The notes under the pieces: generated by a model | Told to the model about the DNA's origin: nothing | The model's database searches: none | What the model saw: the letters and a program-made list of their open reading frames with translations, nothing else | Shown here: positions 25,128 to 32,890 of the stretch, in pieces | How the letters are laid out: the number at the start of each line of letters is the position of its first letter | How positions within the stretch are numbered: the stretch's first letter is position 1 | Assembly: GCA_043816835.1 (NCBI GenBank) | Contig: JBDRHJ010000099.1 | Span: 1-33,486, forward strand | DNA length: 33,486 nt | Direction: 5' to 3' | Origin: Candidatus Omnitrophota bacterium | Lineage (GTDB): Bacteria; Omnitrophota; Gorgyraeia; Gygaellales; JAHJCI01 | Program-made: the position numbers and the translations under genes

Positions 25128-25373
25128 TTACGCCGCACGGGCCTTAACTAACCTTTTTACCGTATCAGACATCTGGGCCCCGCAAGATAACCAGTAATCA
25201 AGGCGCTTCTGATTTATCTTAACCAATACCGGTTCTTTGGTCGGGTCATAAAAGCCTAATTCTTCAATCGAACGGCTGTCGCGAGCCTTTCGCTTGTCAA
25301 AAACACTGATCCGAAAAAAATAGCGCCCTTTCGGATTCTTACCAATTCTCCTTAATCGTACACGCACTGACAT
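25128..25373 (-). CDS. rpsP: 30S ribosomal protein S16
   Basis: MSVRVRLRRIGKNPKGRYFFRISVFDKRKARDSRSIEELGFYDP is the canonical S16 N-terminus. Confidence 0.95.
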   Translation of the reverse strand: MSVRVRLRRIGKNPKGRYFFRISVFDKRKARDSRSIEELGFYDPTKEPVLVKINQKRLDYWLSCGAQMSDTVKRLVKARAA

Positions 25374-25393
25374 TATCCTTCCTCCTTGAATGA

Positions 25394-25463
25394 ACGCATA
25401 ACTTACGGAACGCGAACAAATTCGACTTCATTCAGTGTTAAGTGTGACGTAAGTTATATGCGT
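25394..25463. other. Stem-loop of about 14 bp (ACGCATAACTTACG ... CGTAAGTTATatGCGT) with a 40-nt loop, upstream of rpsP
   Basis: Inverted repeat with a 2-nt bulge, read from the sequence. Confidence 0.6.
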
Positions 25464-25471
25464 GAATTAAA

Positions 25472-25519
25472 CCCTTGACATTTTTCGTAAGTCGTTTTAC
25501 CTTGAAAAAATGTCAAGGG
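25472..25519. repeat. Family B hairpin (CCCTTGACATTTTT, 20-nt loop, AAAAATGTCAAGGG)
   Basis: Perfect 14-bp arms. The CCCTTGACATTTT word is the same as at 3560. Confidence 0.85.
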
Positions 25520-25559
25520 TAAGTTCGAACCTGTAAGTTATGAGCACAATAGCTTTTTA

Positions 25560-27053
25560 TTAATACATTGCTCCACAACTTATGCCCTCACTTATTGCCT
25601 CAATCTGTGCCTTGGCCTTATTTACTGTCTCCTGATACTCTTTTTCGGGATTAGAATCGGCAACAATCCCTCCGCCGGCCTGAATATAGGCCAGCTTATT
25701 TTTTATTAATATGCTGCGAATCGTAATACACGTATCCAGGCTCCCGGTAAAGCTAAAATAACCTACGCAACCCGCATAGGTTCGACGCCGGGTATTTTCC
25801 AGCTGATCGATTATCTCCATTGCCCTTACCTTAGGGCTGCCACTTACTGTACCGGCAGGAAAAGCCGCCCTTAAGCAATCATAAATACTTTTCCCCTTAC
25901 GCAATTTGCCCTCTACCTCGCTTACCAGATGCATTACATGCGAATACTTTTCCACATTCATAAACTCCTTAACCTTGACTGTTCCGAACTCACAAACCCT
26001 GCCTAAGTCATTTCGCCCTAAATCCACCAACATTATATGCTCAGCCTTTTCTTTTTTGCTGGTTAATAATTGATTCTCTAATTTCTTGTCTTCTTTTTCA
26101 TTCTTACCCCGGGGACGCGTACCGGCAATCGGACGGGTTATCGCCCTTCTATCTTCACAACGCACCAAAACCTCGGGAGAAGCACCAAGCAAGAATGAAT
26201 CCCCCAGCTCTAAAAAAAACATGTAACTCGAAGGATTCAGGCTTCTTAAATTACGATAAACATCCAGCGGGGTCTTACCGCATAATCGCAAAGAAAAGCG
26301 CTGCGAGGGGACCACCTGGATAATATCCCCCTTACGAATATAACCCTTAGCCTTCTTTACTAATCTAAGATATTGCTGTTTTGTAAAATTAGAGGTAACT
26401 TTTGGCTTCTCTTTATTCTGCCTTATTTTCCCTGCCTTAAGCGGCGTATTTAACCGAACATGCAGTTGTTCAATTTTTTTCTTTGCCCGGGCATATGATT
26501 TACCGAGATTGCAACTATCAGAAATAAATGTATTGGCAATGATTTTTATTGTGTGCCGCAAATGATCAAAAACAAGCAGTGTATCGCTTAAAATCCACAC
26601 AGAATCCCAGACCCCTAAATGGTCAGAATTTTTATCCGGGATCTTTTCAAAAAAACGGACTACATCATACCCCAGATACCCTACAAACCCCCCGCAGAAA
26701 CGCGGTAAATCATTATGAACAACAAACCTGAATTTGGACATAATCTTTTTAATCTCATCCAATGGGTCGGTTTTTAGCTTAAATTGCCGGCTCTGCTTCT
26801 TGTGATTATCAAATATATCCATCTTGTCCCCTTTGCTTCTTAAAACCAAAGCGGGTTCGGTGCCCAAGAATGAATAACGGGCAATTGCCTGAGCGCCTTC
26901 TACTGATTCAAGAAGATAATTGTAGCGCCCGCGCCGAATTTTTAAAAACGCCGACACCGGCGTATCTAAATCTGCGCGTATTTCTTTATATACGGGGATA
27001 AGATTGCCCTTTTTGGCCAGCCTTTTGAATTCTTTTTCGCTTGGATAAAACAT
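25560..27053 (-). CDS. trpE: Anthranilate synthase component I (a related chorismate-utilising enzyme is not excluded)
   Basis: 497 aa with the N-terminal LLESVEG motif, PSSYMFF, GASPE, AGT..GAP-like (AGTVSGSPKVRAMEII) and GGGIVADS. Confidence 0.82.
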   Translation of the reverse strand: MFYPSEKEFKRLAKKGNLIPVYKEIRADLDTPVSAFLKIRRGRYNYLLESVEGAQAIARYSFLGTEPALVLRSKGDKMDIFDNHKKQSRQFKLKTDPLDEIKKIMSKFRFVVHNDLPRFCGGFVGYLGYDVVRFFEKIPDKNSDHLGVWDSVWILSDTLLVFDHLRHTIKIIANTFISDSCNLGKSYARAKKKIEQLHVRLNTPLKAGKIRQNKEKPKVTSNFTKQQYLRLVKKAKGYIRKGDIIQVVPSQRFSLRLCGKTPLDVYRNLRSLNPSSYMFFLELGDSFLLGASPEVLVRCEDRRAITRPIAGTRPRGKNEKEDKKLENQLLTSKKEKAEHIMLVDLGRNDLGRVCEFGTVKVKEFMNVEKYSHVMHLVSEVEGKLRKGKSIYDCLRAAFPAGTVSGSPKVRAMEIIDQLENTRRRTYAGCVGYFSFTGSLDTCITIRSILIKNKLAYIQAGGGIVADSNPEKEYQETVNKAKAQIEAISEGISCGAMY

Positions 27054-27109
27054 ATTTTTTGTATTTATTGCAAGATGCCTACCTTAAACAATAGCGCTTT
27101 ATCAGCAGG

Positions 27110-27430
27110 CTATGTTTTTATTTTCCGATAAAAACAGGAACGCTTGCCGGTATGGCATGCAACCCCTTTTTGGCATACCTTAATAAGTAATGCATCCATA
27201 TCGCAGTCGTAATATATGGATTTTACCAATTGAAAGTGCCCGGAGGTTCGGCCCTTCACCCAGTACTCTTTACGCGAGCGTGACCAGAAACAAGTCATCC
27301 CCAGTTTTATTGTCCTGGCAATTGACCTTTTGTTCATATAAGCCAGCATCAAGACTTCTTTTGTTTTTTGTTCCTGGATTATTACCGGGATTAACCCATT
27401 TTTATCGAATTTTAAATCTTTGATATTCAT
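27110..27430 (-). CDS. hisI: Phosphoribosyl-AMP cyclohydrolase (monofunctional, no HisE domain)
   Basis: 106 aa with [19 protein letters not shown]...WVKG.TSG and CD.DALL..V...G.ACHTG..SCF. Confidence 0.9.
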   Translation of the reverse strand: MNIKDLKFDKNGLIPVIIQEQKTKEVLMLAYMNKRSIARTIKLGMTCFWSRSRKEYWVKGRTSGHFQLVKSIYYDCDMDALLIKVCQKGVACHTGKRSCFYRKIKT

Positions 27431-27500
27431 TTCTTAATTGTGATAATCCGTACTGTAGATTTGGCCCTTTTTTGTCTTTTGTAATGATGTCGCTTATAGT

Positions 27501-27509
27501 ATTATAGCA
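27501..27509 (-). promoter_or_regulatory. Candidate extended -10 promoter element (TGCTATAAT) upstream of hisI
   Basis: The minus strand reads ...tatcTTGCTATAATactat. It lies about 70 nt upstream of the hisI ATG and immediately downstream of the family D repeat. I see no good -35. Confidence 0.4.
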
Positions 27510-27514
27510 AGATA

Positions 27515-27631
27515 CAATAATTAAATGCGTTGTGTAATAGGATACACACTGATATCGACGAGAAAATCTGTGTGAATCTTTAAAAAAATCTGTGTGAATC
27601 TGTGAAAAAATGCGTTTTTAACAAAATGCTG
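27515..27631. repeat. Family D element, copy c, with two direct AAAATCTGTGTGAATCT units spaced 22 nt apart
   Basis: The units lie at 27563-27579 and 27585-27601. The flanks (CAATAATTAAATGCGTTGTGTAATAGGATACACACTGATATCGACGAG and TTTTTAACAAAATGCTG) align with 11649-11753. Confidence 0.85.
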
Positions 27632-27666
27632 TCCCTAATTAAAATTTCCCCTTAAAACCACTTTAT

Positions 27667-28443
27667 TTATTTTAAGCGGACGCAGATATCATTATCCGCC
27701 AAATATTGCTTAACCTTTTCAATCGCTAACTCCTGATAATGGAATATCGAAGCAGCCAGCGCCGCATCAGCCTTTGCAATTAAAAACACATCCAAGAAAT
27801 GCTCAAGTTTGCCGGCACCGCCGGAAGCAATAACCGGAATATTGACTGCCTCGGCAATACTTTTTGTCAAATCAATATCATACCCGTCTTTTGTGCCGTC
27901 AAAATCCATGCTTGTTAATAATATTTCTCCTGCCCCTAGTTCAGCAGCTTGCCTTGCCCATTCAACCGCATCTAAACCCATGGGGGTCCTGCCGCCGTTT
28001 ATAAAAACCTGCCATTTTTTAACCCCCGGCTTACTCAGATGACCCAGTTTGGCATCAATAGCCACGACAATACACTGACTGCCGAAACGCAAAGATGCAT
28101 CCCTAATTAAATCCGGGCATTTTACCGCCGCGGTATTCAAAGAAACTTTATCGGCCCCGGCATTCAATAAATCGCGTATATCAGGCAAATCCCTTATTCC
28201 GCCGCCGACTGTAAAAGGAATAAAAATCTTATCTGCTATTTTTTCAACGATATTGATAAGGATGCTTCTTTTTTCAAAGCTGGCGGTTACATCCAGAAAA
28301 ACCAATTCATCCGCACCCTGCTGATCATAAGCCCTGGCTACATCAACCGGATCGCCGGCATCCCTTAAACCTAAAAACCGCACGCCCTTTACTACCCGGG
28401 CATCCTTTATATCCAAACAGGGAATAATACGTTTTGTAAGCAT
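27667..28443 (-). CDS. hisF: Imidazole glycerol phosphate synthase, cyclase subunit
   Basis: Contains [50 protein letters not shown] and ASGGAG. Confidence 0.96.
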   Translation of the reverse strand: MLTKRIIPCLDIKDARVVKGVRFLGLRDAGDPVDVARAYDQQGADELVFLDVTASFEKRSILINIVEKIADKIFIPFTVGGGIRDLPDIRDLLNAGADKVSLNTAAVKCPDLIRDASLRFGSQCIVVAIDAKLGHLSKPGVKKWQVFINGGRTPMGLDAVEWARQAAELGAGEILLTSMDFDGTKDGYDIDLTKSIAEAVNIPVIASGGAGKLEHFLDVFLIAKADAALAASIFHYQELAIEKVKQYLADNDICVRLK

Positions 28444-28465
28444 TATTGTTAACTATTACGCAGCC

Positions 28466-28966
28466 TTAATCAGCTTTTGTATGTAAATATTCACGCAGGG
28501 CAACCCATGTTGGTTTATCAATATGGCCGTGCGCAAACAGTTTATTCTCCCCCTGAAACTGGGAAAGGGCGTTACGCGTGCGATTACCCAGCTTGCCATC
28601 AATTAATCCGGACTCAAAACCGGCATTTCGTAAAGCAGTCTGAATAAGGATTATAAACGAATAATATTTTTTAGGTTTTGTTTTTATTTTTTGCTTTTCT
28701 ACGCGCTGGGTTAAGTCGTTTAATGTCACTTCCTGTTCGCTCAAGGTCTTAAGTAAATTCTCTTTATCGTGTTTTTCTTTTCCCAGGCTGCTGGTTAAAT
28801 TCGCTATTTGGGAATCCCGGCCGGCAATCTCAGCCTCTAAACGGGAAATCCGATCCTCTAAGGCCTGGCTCTTTAAAACTGCCTCCTGGTCTACGGTTGT
28901 TACGCAGCCGGCGAGAATTATCAAGGCCAAAAAACAAACTAATAGATTAAGATTTCTTATTAACAC
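28466..28966 (-). CDS. Lipoprotein with a coiled-coil segment and a C-terminal PG_binding_1-type peptidoglycan-binding domain
   Basis: GTG start with an AAAGGAGG RBS. It has a lipobox (LIILAGC) and a heptad-like region (LEDRISRLEAEIAGRDSQIANL...). The C-terminus (IQTALRNAGFESGLIDGKLGNRTRNALSQFQ) resembles the PG_binding_1 repeat. Confidence 0.65.
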   Translation of the reverse strand: MLIRNLNLLVCFLALIILAGCVTTVDQEAVLKSQALEDRISRLEAEIAGRDSQIANLTSSLGKEKHDKENLLKTLSEQEVTLNDLTQRVEKQKIKTKPKKYYSFIILIQTALRNAGFESGLIDGKLGNRTRNALSQFQGENKLFAHGHIDKPTWVALREYLHTKAD

Positions 28967-29018
28967 GCTCGACCTCCTTTAAAAATATGCCTTGCGCCTA
29001 ATATTAATGCCGGAAATG

Positions 29019-29741
29019 TTATGAACACTTCTTTATTGCAGCCTTTAATGTAAATTTCGCTTCATATAACGCCTTACCGACAATTACCCCGCTAAGGCCA
29101 TGTTTGCTTAATGACTTTAATTTAAATAGATCCGCTAAACTGGAAATCCCGCCGGATGCGATAACTGAAAGATGGGATTTTTCTAAAATCTGCTTAATCA
29201 TCTTGATGTTCGGCCCTTTAAGCGTCCCGTCACGGGCAATATCAGTATAAATAATCTGATTGAATCCTATATCTTGAAGCTTATTGATTAATTGTAAAAT
29301 GCCTAATTTTTTATAGTCTTTCTGCCAACCCTGGAGCCGAACCATATTATCCTGGGCATCGATACTGATAATTATTCTCTGCTTAAATTTTTTAAATGCC
29401 GTACGTAAAAAACTTTCATCCTGCAATTTTGTGCCTAAAATTACCCTTGAAACACCGCAATCCAATACTTGTTTTATGGTTTTATGTTGCCTTAATCCCC
29501 CGCCGAATTCAATCGGCATGCTCACGGATTTAACCATCTTTTTTATTATATCCAAGTGGCAGACCTTGCCGGATTTAGCGCCGTCTAAGTCTATTACATG
29601 TAAATATTGCGCCCCCTGCTTTTCCCAATGCCGGGCAGTATTAATCGGATTCGCCGAATAGGTTGTTTTTTGGTCAAAACGCCCCTGCCTTAACCTAACT
29701 ACCTTTTTATCCTTTAAATCAATTGCCGGTATAATTAACAT
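29019..29741 (-). CDS. hisA: 1-(5-phosphoribosyl)-5-[(5-phosphoribosylamino)methylideneamino]imidazole-4-carboxamide isomerase
   Basis: Contains MLIIPAIDLKD.K.VRL.QG, LHVIDLDGA, GGGLR, TDI.RDGTL.GPN and ASGG. Confidence 0.93.
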   Translation of the reverse strand: MLIIPAIDLKDKKVVRLRQGRFDQKTTYSANPINTARHWEKQGAQYLHVIDLDGAKSGKVCHLDIIKKMVKSVSMPIEFGGGLRQHKTIKQVLDCGVSRVILGTKLQDESFLRTAFKKFKQRIIISIDAQDNMVRLQGWQKDYKKLGILQLINKLQDIGFNQIIYTDIARDGTLKGPNIKMIKQILEKSHLSVIASGGISSLADLFKLKSLSKHGLSGVIVGKALYEAKFTLKAAIKKCS

Positions 29742-29779
29742 TTAATCACAATCCTTAAATTTAACTACTAACTATGAAT

Positions 29780-29860
29780 CCCTCGGCCTCGCTCGAGGTT
29801 TAAGAGTCATAAGTCCTAAGTCTTAAGTCATAAATTTCAAACTTACAACCTATAACTTAT
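29780..29860. repeat. Family C element, copy 2 (CCCTCGGCCTCGCTCGAGG TTTAAGAGTCATAAGTCCTAAGTCTTAAGTCATAAATTTCAAACTTACAACCTATAACTTAT); the right hairpin arm is truncated
   Basis: Aligns base for base with 7888-7970 and 33387-33460, with a few substitutions. Confidence 0.9.
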
Positions 29861-29937
29861 CCCGAATGAAATTTCTCAAAAAAGTATAACTTCGGGATCC
29901 CGAAGCAATAATAAAAGAAAAATCATTGCATTCGGGA
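29859..29937. repeat. Family E module: two hairpins built on the CCCGAA/TTCGGG word
   Basis: First hairpin: ATCCCGAA (29859-29866) pairs with TTCGGGAT (29891-29898). Second hairpin: TCCCGAAGCAAT (29898-29909) pairs with ATTGCaTTCGGGA (29925-29937). TCCCGAATG...AACTTCGGGATCCCG recurs at 32821-32863. Confidence 0.8.
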
Positions 29938-29958
29938 CAACTTATGACTTTTTTCTCT

Positions 29959-29986
29959 GACAACTAATAACTAAAAACTATGAACT
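29959..29986. repeat. Tandem heptanucleotides GACAACT AATAACT AAAAACT ATGAACT
   Basis: Period-7 register read directly. The preceding TTTTCTCTGACAACTAAT word recurs at 33368-33386. Confidence 0.75.
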
Positions 29987-29988
29987 GA

Positions 29989-30591
29989 TTACAATTCTAC
30001 GAAGTTTTTCAGAATGCTTAACCCCGTGTTTTGACTCTTTTCAGGATGAAATTGCACCCCGAATATATTATCCTTATTTATTGCCGATGAAAATTTTATG
30101 CCGTAATCGGTTGTCGCAACAATAATATCTTTATCTTCGGGTTCAACATAATAAGAATGACAAAAATATACGTTGGCGCCGGGCGTAATACTGTTTAATA
30201 ATTTAGAGCTTTTAAAATCCAATTGATTCCACCCGATATGGGGAACCTTAAAGCCCTTGATTGTAAACCTCTTTACCCCTCCCCCTAATACAGACAAACC
30301 CTGGACACTATCTGCTTCCTGGCTCTGATAAAAAAGAAGCTGCATCCCCAGGCATATGCCTAAAAAATATTTACCTTTTTTAATTGATTCCAGAATCGGG
30401 CTAACAAGCCCCCTTTCCCTTAATCCCTGCATTGCATCAGAAAACGCACCCACGCCGGGAAGAATAACCTTATTTGCATTCAAGATGTCTTGCGGCTTAT
30501 CGGTAACACGCAAATCCCTGGCACCCGCCAACTGAGTTGCCTTGGTTACGCTGTGAATATTGCCCATTCCATAATCAATAATCGCGATCAT
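29989..30591 (-). CDS. hisH: Imidazole glycerol phosphate synthase, glutamine amidotransferase subunit
   Basis: Contains IAIIDYGMGN, LPGVGAF, GICLGMQLL (catalytic Cys), PHIGWN and QFHPEKS. Confidence 0.96.
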   Translation of the reverse strand: MIAIIDYGMGNIHSVTKATQLAGARDLRVTDKPQDILNANKVILPGVGAFSDAMQGLRERGLVSPILESIKKGKYFLGICLGMQLLFYQSQEADSVQGLSVLGGGVKRFTIKGFKVPHIGWNQLDFKSSKLLNSITPGANVYFCHSYYVEPEDKDIIVATTDYGIKFSSAINKDNIFGVQFHPEKSQNTGLSILKNFVEL

Positions 30592-30666
30592 TTTAATCTA
30601 GAATATTTTTTTGCCGTATTAAACTCAGGCTTTGTTGTTGCATGCAAAAAGCGCGCAAATTCATTT

Positions 30667-31308
30667 CTAATCAATAATTCCCTTAGTTGAAGGCACGCCT
30701 GTTCGCCGCGGATCAATAGATGCCGCACGCTTTAATGCCAAAGCCCAGGCTTTAAAGACAGGCTCTAGGCAAGTATGAATATCAATCGGGGTATCTGAAG
30801 AAAAGGTGCTTTCTATTTTAATAATCAGATTAATGCCGCTTTGCTTTGCAAATGACTCAAAAAAATGATTTGCGTATTTCAGGCTGTAACTTTCTGCCTC
30901 CTCGACCGGCACATATACGCCCTCAAAATTGATTTTTATGCTGCCAAAATGGCCGCGGCCCCCTATATCCAGCGCCACATCCGCTAAAACTTCCTCCATC
31001 GGCACAGAAGCAGAGCCAAACCTTACTATACCGCGCATATTACCGAGTGCCTTTTTCAATGCCTGCCCAAGGACAATTCCCGCATCCTCATTGGTATGAT
31101 GCATATCCACCCCCAGATCACCTTTGACCTTAAGTTTCAGGTCAAATAAGCCGTGAAAGGTAAATAATTCCAGCATGTGATCAAGCAGGCCGATACCGGT
31201 TGAAACCTCTGCCTTGCCTTTACCGTCAATATTTAAAGAACAATCGATTTCTGTTTCGGTTGTCTTTCGTTTAATCTTTGCGTTTCGCGCAGGTTTAGAT
31301 TTAGGCAT
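30667..31308 (-). CDS. hisB: Imidazoleglycerol-phosphate dehydratase (monofunctional)
   Basis: Contains RKTTETEI, GIGLLDHML, GDL.VD.HHT.ED.GI.LG and H..E..FKA.. The start is placed at the ATG at 31308 (MPKSK), preceded by GAAGGAG. The GTG extension in the tracked ORF enters the hairpin repeat. Confidence 0.93.
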   Translation of the reverse strand: MPKSKPARNAKIKRKTTETEIDCSLNIDGKGKAEVSTGIGLLDHMLELFTFHGLFDLKLKVKGDLGVDMHHTNEDAGIVLGQALKKALGNMRGIVRFGSASVPMEEVLADVALDIGGRGHFGSIKINFEGVYVPVEEAESYSLKYANHFFESFAKQSGINLIIKIESTFSSDTPIDIHTCLEPVFKAWALALKRAASIDPRRTGVPSTKGIID

Positions 31309-31326
31309 TTTAACTCCTTCAATGAG

Positions 31327-31474
31327 CACATCACTTAGCGAACAAAGTGAAGCTCAGTGATAAGTGCGAATTTGACCCAGCACTAATTTTGAGCTATGAA
31401 TTATCAGAAAAATTAGTGCTGGGTCAAATTCGGCCAAACGGCTTAGCTTCGCTGTCGCTCGCTAAGTCGTGGCC
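31327..31474. repeat. Family B long hairpin that fills the hisD/hisB spacer
   Basis: Perfect 24-bp inner stem: CGAATTTGACCCAGCACTAATTTT (31367-31390) with AAAATTAGTGCTGGGTCAAATTCG (31409-31432), and an 18-nt loop. The outer arms (31327-31366 and 31433-31474) are imperfect inverted copies of the GCTTAGC...GCTAAGTCGTGGC tail seen at 3622-3656. Confidence 0.9.
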
Positions 31475-31482
31475 TCATTTGA

Positions 31483-32706
31483 TTATAAAAATCTTGCTTT
31501 AACTGATTCCCCGTGCTGGGTTAAGCCTTCAATACCAACAATCTTATCTAAGGGCTTCCTTGCCTTCTCCAGCGCTTTCTTAGAATAATAAATAATGTGA
31601 TTACTCTTAATAAAATCAGACAGGTTTAATCCGGAAAAAAAGCGTGCGCTGCCGCCGGTAGGCAAAACGTGGCTGGGGCCGGCAAGATAATCCCCTACTG
31701 CTATCGGACTAAAAGGCCCTAAGAATATCGCCCCTGCATTCCTTATTTTCTTAACTATACTTGCGGGATTCCTGACAAGGATTTCTAAGTGCTCCGGGGC
31801 GATACAATTAACCACTTCTACTGCCGTATCCAAATTTTTGGTTAATATAATATAGCCGTCACCCTCAACCTGCGACTTAACATAGCGTGCCAAGGCCTTA
31901 GAATTAGTAACCAAAAAAACCTGGGCTTTAGCATGCTCCTGCTGTGCTTTAAGGTCAGCAATAATCAATTTCGGGTCAGCAAAGCGGCTGGCAATAATCA
32001 CCAACTCAGTAGGGCCGGCTAACATGTCTACATCAACAAAACCGAAAACCTGCCGTTTTGCTTCGGTAACATAAATATTGCCTGGCCCAACAATCTTATC
32101 AACCTTAGGAATAGTCTTGGTGCCAAAAGCCAGGGCAGCAATTGCCTGGGCGCCGCCGGCGCGATAAATCTCATCCACCTTAAGCAAATTCGCAACAACC
32201 AAAATATGGGGATTCACATTACCGCTCTTATCCGGTGGGCTAATTAAAACAATCCGCTTAACCCCGGCAACCTTTGCCGGCAACACAGTCATATAAACCG
32301 TAGAAACCAACGGTGCCTGCCCCGAAGGGATATATATCCCAACCCGGTCAATAGGATGGTAATTTTCACCGATAACCATCCCATCCGCACCCTTTAGTCT
32401 CCAGGATTTTTTTATTTGCCGGCGATAAAAACGGGTTATGTTATCAATAATTACCTTCAATGACGTAATAAAATCCGGCTCAATATTCTGATAGGCGCTG
32501 GATATTTCCGCCTCTGAAACACGCAAAGATTTCGCGGGAATCTTAACCCGGTCAAATTTTTGGGTATATTTTATTACCGCATCATCGCCTTGAAGGCGCA
32601 CATCATCGATAATCCTTTCGACCTTTTCCTTTAAATGCCGGGTTCTCGGAATGCCGCGATTGTAAATATCCTGAAGCCTCTTGCTTGAATGACGAATTAG
32701 TTTCAT
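31483..32706 (-). CDS. hisD: Histidinol dehydrogenase
   Basis: 407 aa with the typical body: YIPSG.APL.STV.M...PA.VAGV, GGAQAIAA.A.GT, IVGPGN.YV..AK, AGPTE and the C-terminal GDY.AGP.HVLPT.G.ARF.SGL. Confidence 0.95.
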   Translation of the reverse strand: MKLIRHSSKRLQDIYNRGIPRTRHLKEKVERIIDDVRLQGDDAVIKYTQKFDRVKIPAKSLRVSEAEISSAYQNIEPDFITSLKVIIDNITRFYRRQIKKSWRLKGADGMVIGENYHPIDRVGIYIPSGQAPLVSTVYMTVLPAKVAGVKRIVLISPPDKSGNVNPHILVVANLLKVDEIYRAGGAQAIAALAFGTKTIPKVDKIVGPGNIYVTEAKRQVFGFVDVDMLAGPTELVIIASRFADPKLIIADLKAQQEHAKAQVFLVTNSKALARYVKSQVEGDGYIILTKNLDTAVEVVNCIAPEHLEILVRNPASIVKKIRNAGAIFLGPFSPIAVGDYLAGPSHVLPTGGSARFFSGLNLSDFIKSNHIIYYSKKALEKARKPLDKIVGIEGLTQHGESVKARFL

Positions 32707-32719
32707 TATCGAATCATAA

Positions 32720-32791
32720 AGCTGGCGAGAGGAATCGAACCTCCAACCTAGTGATTACAAATCACTTGCGCTACCATTGCGCTACGCCAGC
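32720..32791 (-). tRNA. tRNA-Thr (anticodon UGU); no encoded CCA
   Basis: The minus strand folds as a cloverleaf: GCTGGCG-TA-GCGC-AATGGTA-GCGC-A-AGTGA-TTTGTAA-TCACT-AGGTT-GGAGG-TTCGATT-CCTCT-CGCCAGC-T. All stems pair (one G-U), the T-loop is TTCGATT, and the anticodon loop is TT-TGT-AA. Confidence 0.9.
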
Positions 32792-32819
32792 ATCGTTCAC
32801 TAGATTTTATTCAAGACTT

Positions 32820-32863
32820 GTCCCGAATGCAGTTACTCTTCGAAGCTTAACTTCGGGATCCCG
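32820..32863. repeat. Family E module, second copy (GTCCCGAATGCAGTTACTCTTCGAAGCTTAACTTCGGGATCCCG)
   Basis: Shares TCCCGAATG and AACTTCGGGATCCCG with 29860-29903. TCCCGAA pairs with TTCGGGA. Confidence 0.75.
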
Positions 32864-32890
32864 CCTTTTCACCTTAATGATTGTAGCGAG

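Noticed and set aside
25560-27430. hisI-trpE adjacency as a his/trp supra-operon, and solitary trpE without trpG as a special feature
   Set aside because: The 56-nt gap is compatible with co-transcription, but adjacency alone is weak evidence. The partner amidotransferase may lie elsewhere, and the enzyme could be another chorismate-utilising paralogue. This is not checkable from the window.
27563-27601. The TGTGA words in the family D direct repeats as CRP/FNR-type sites
   Set aside because: The CRP-type consensus needs TGTGA-N6-TCACA dyad symmetry. Here the TGTGA words are direct repeats with no TCACA partner at the right spacing.
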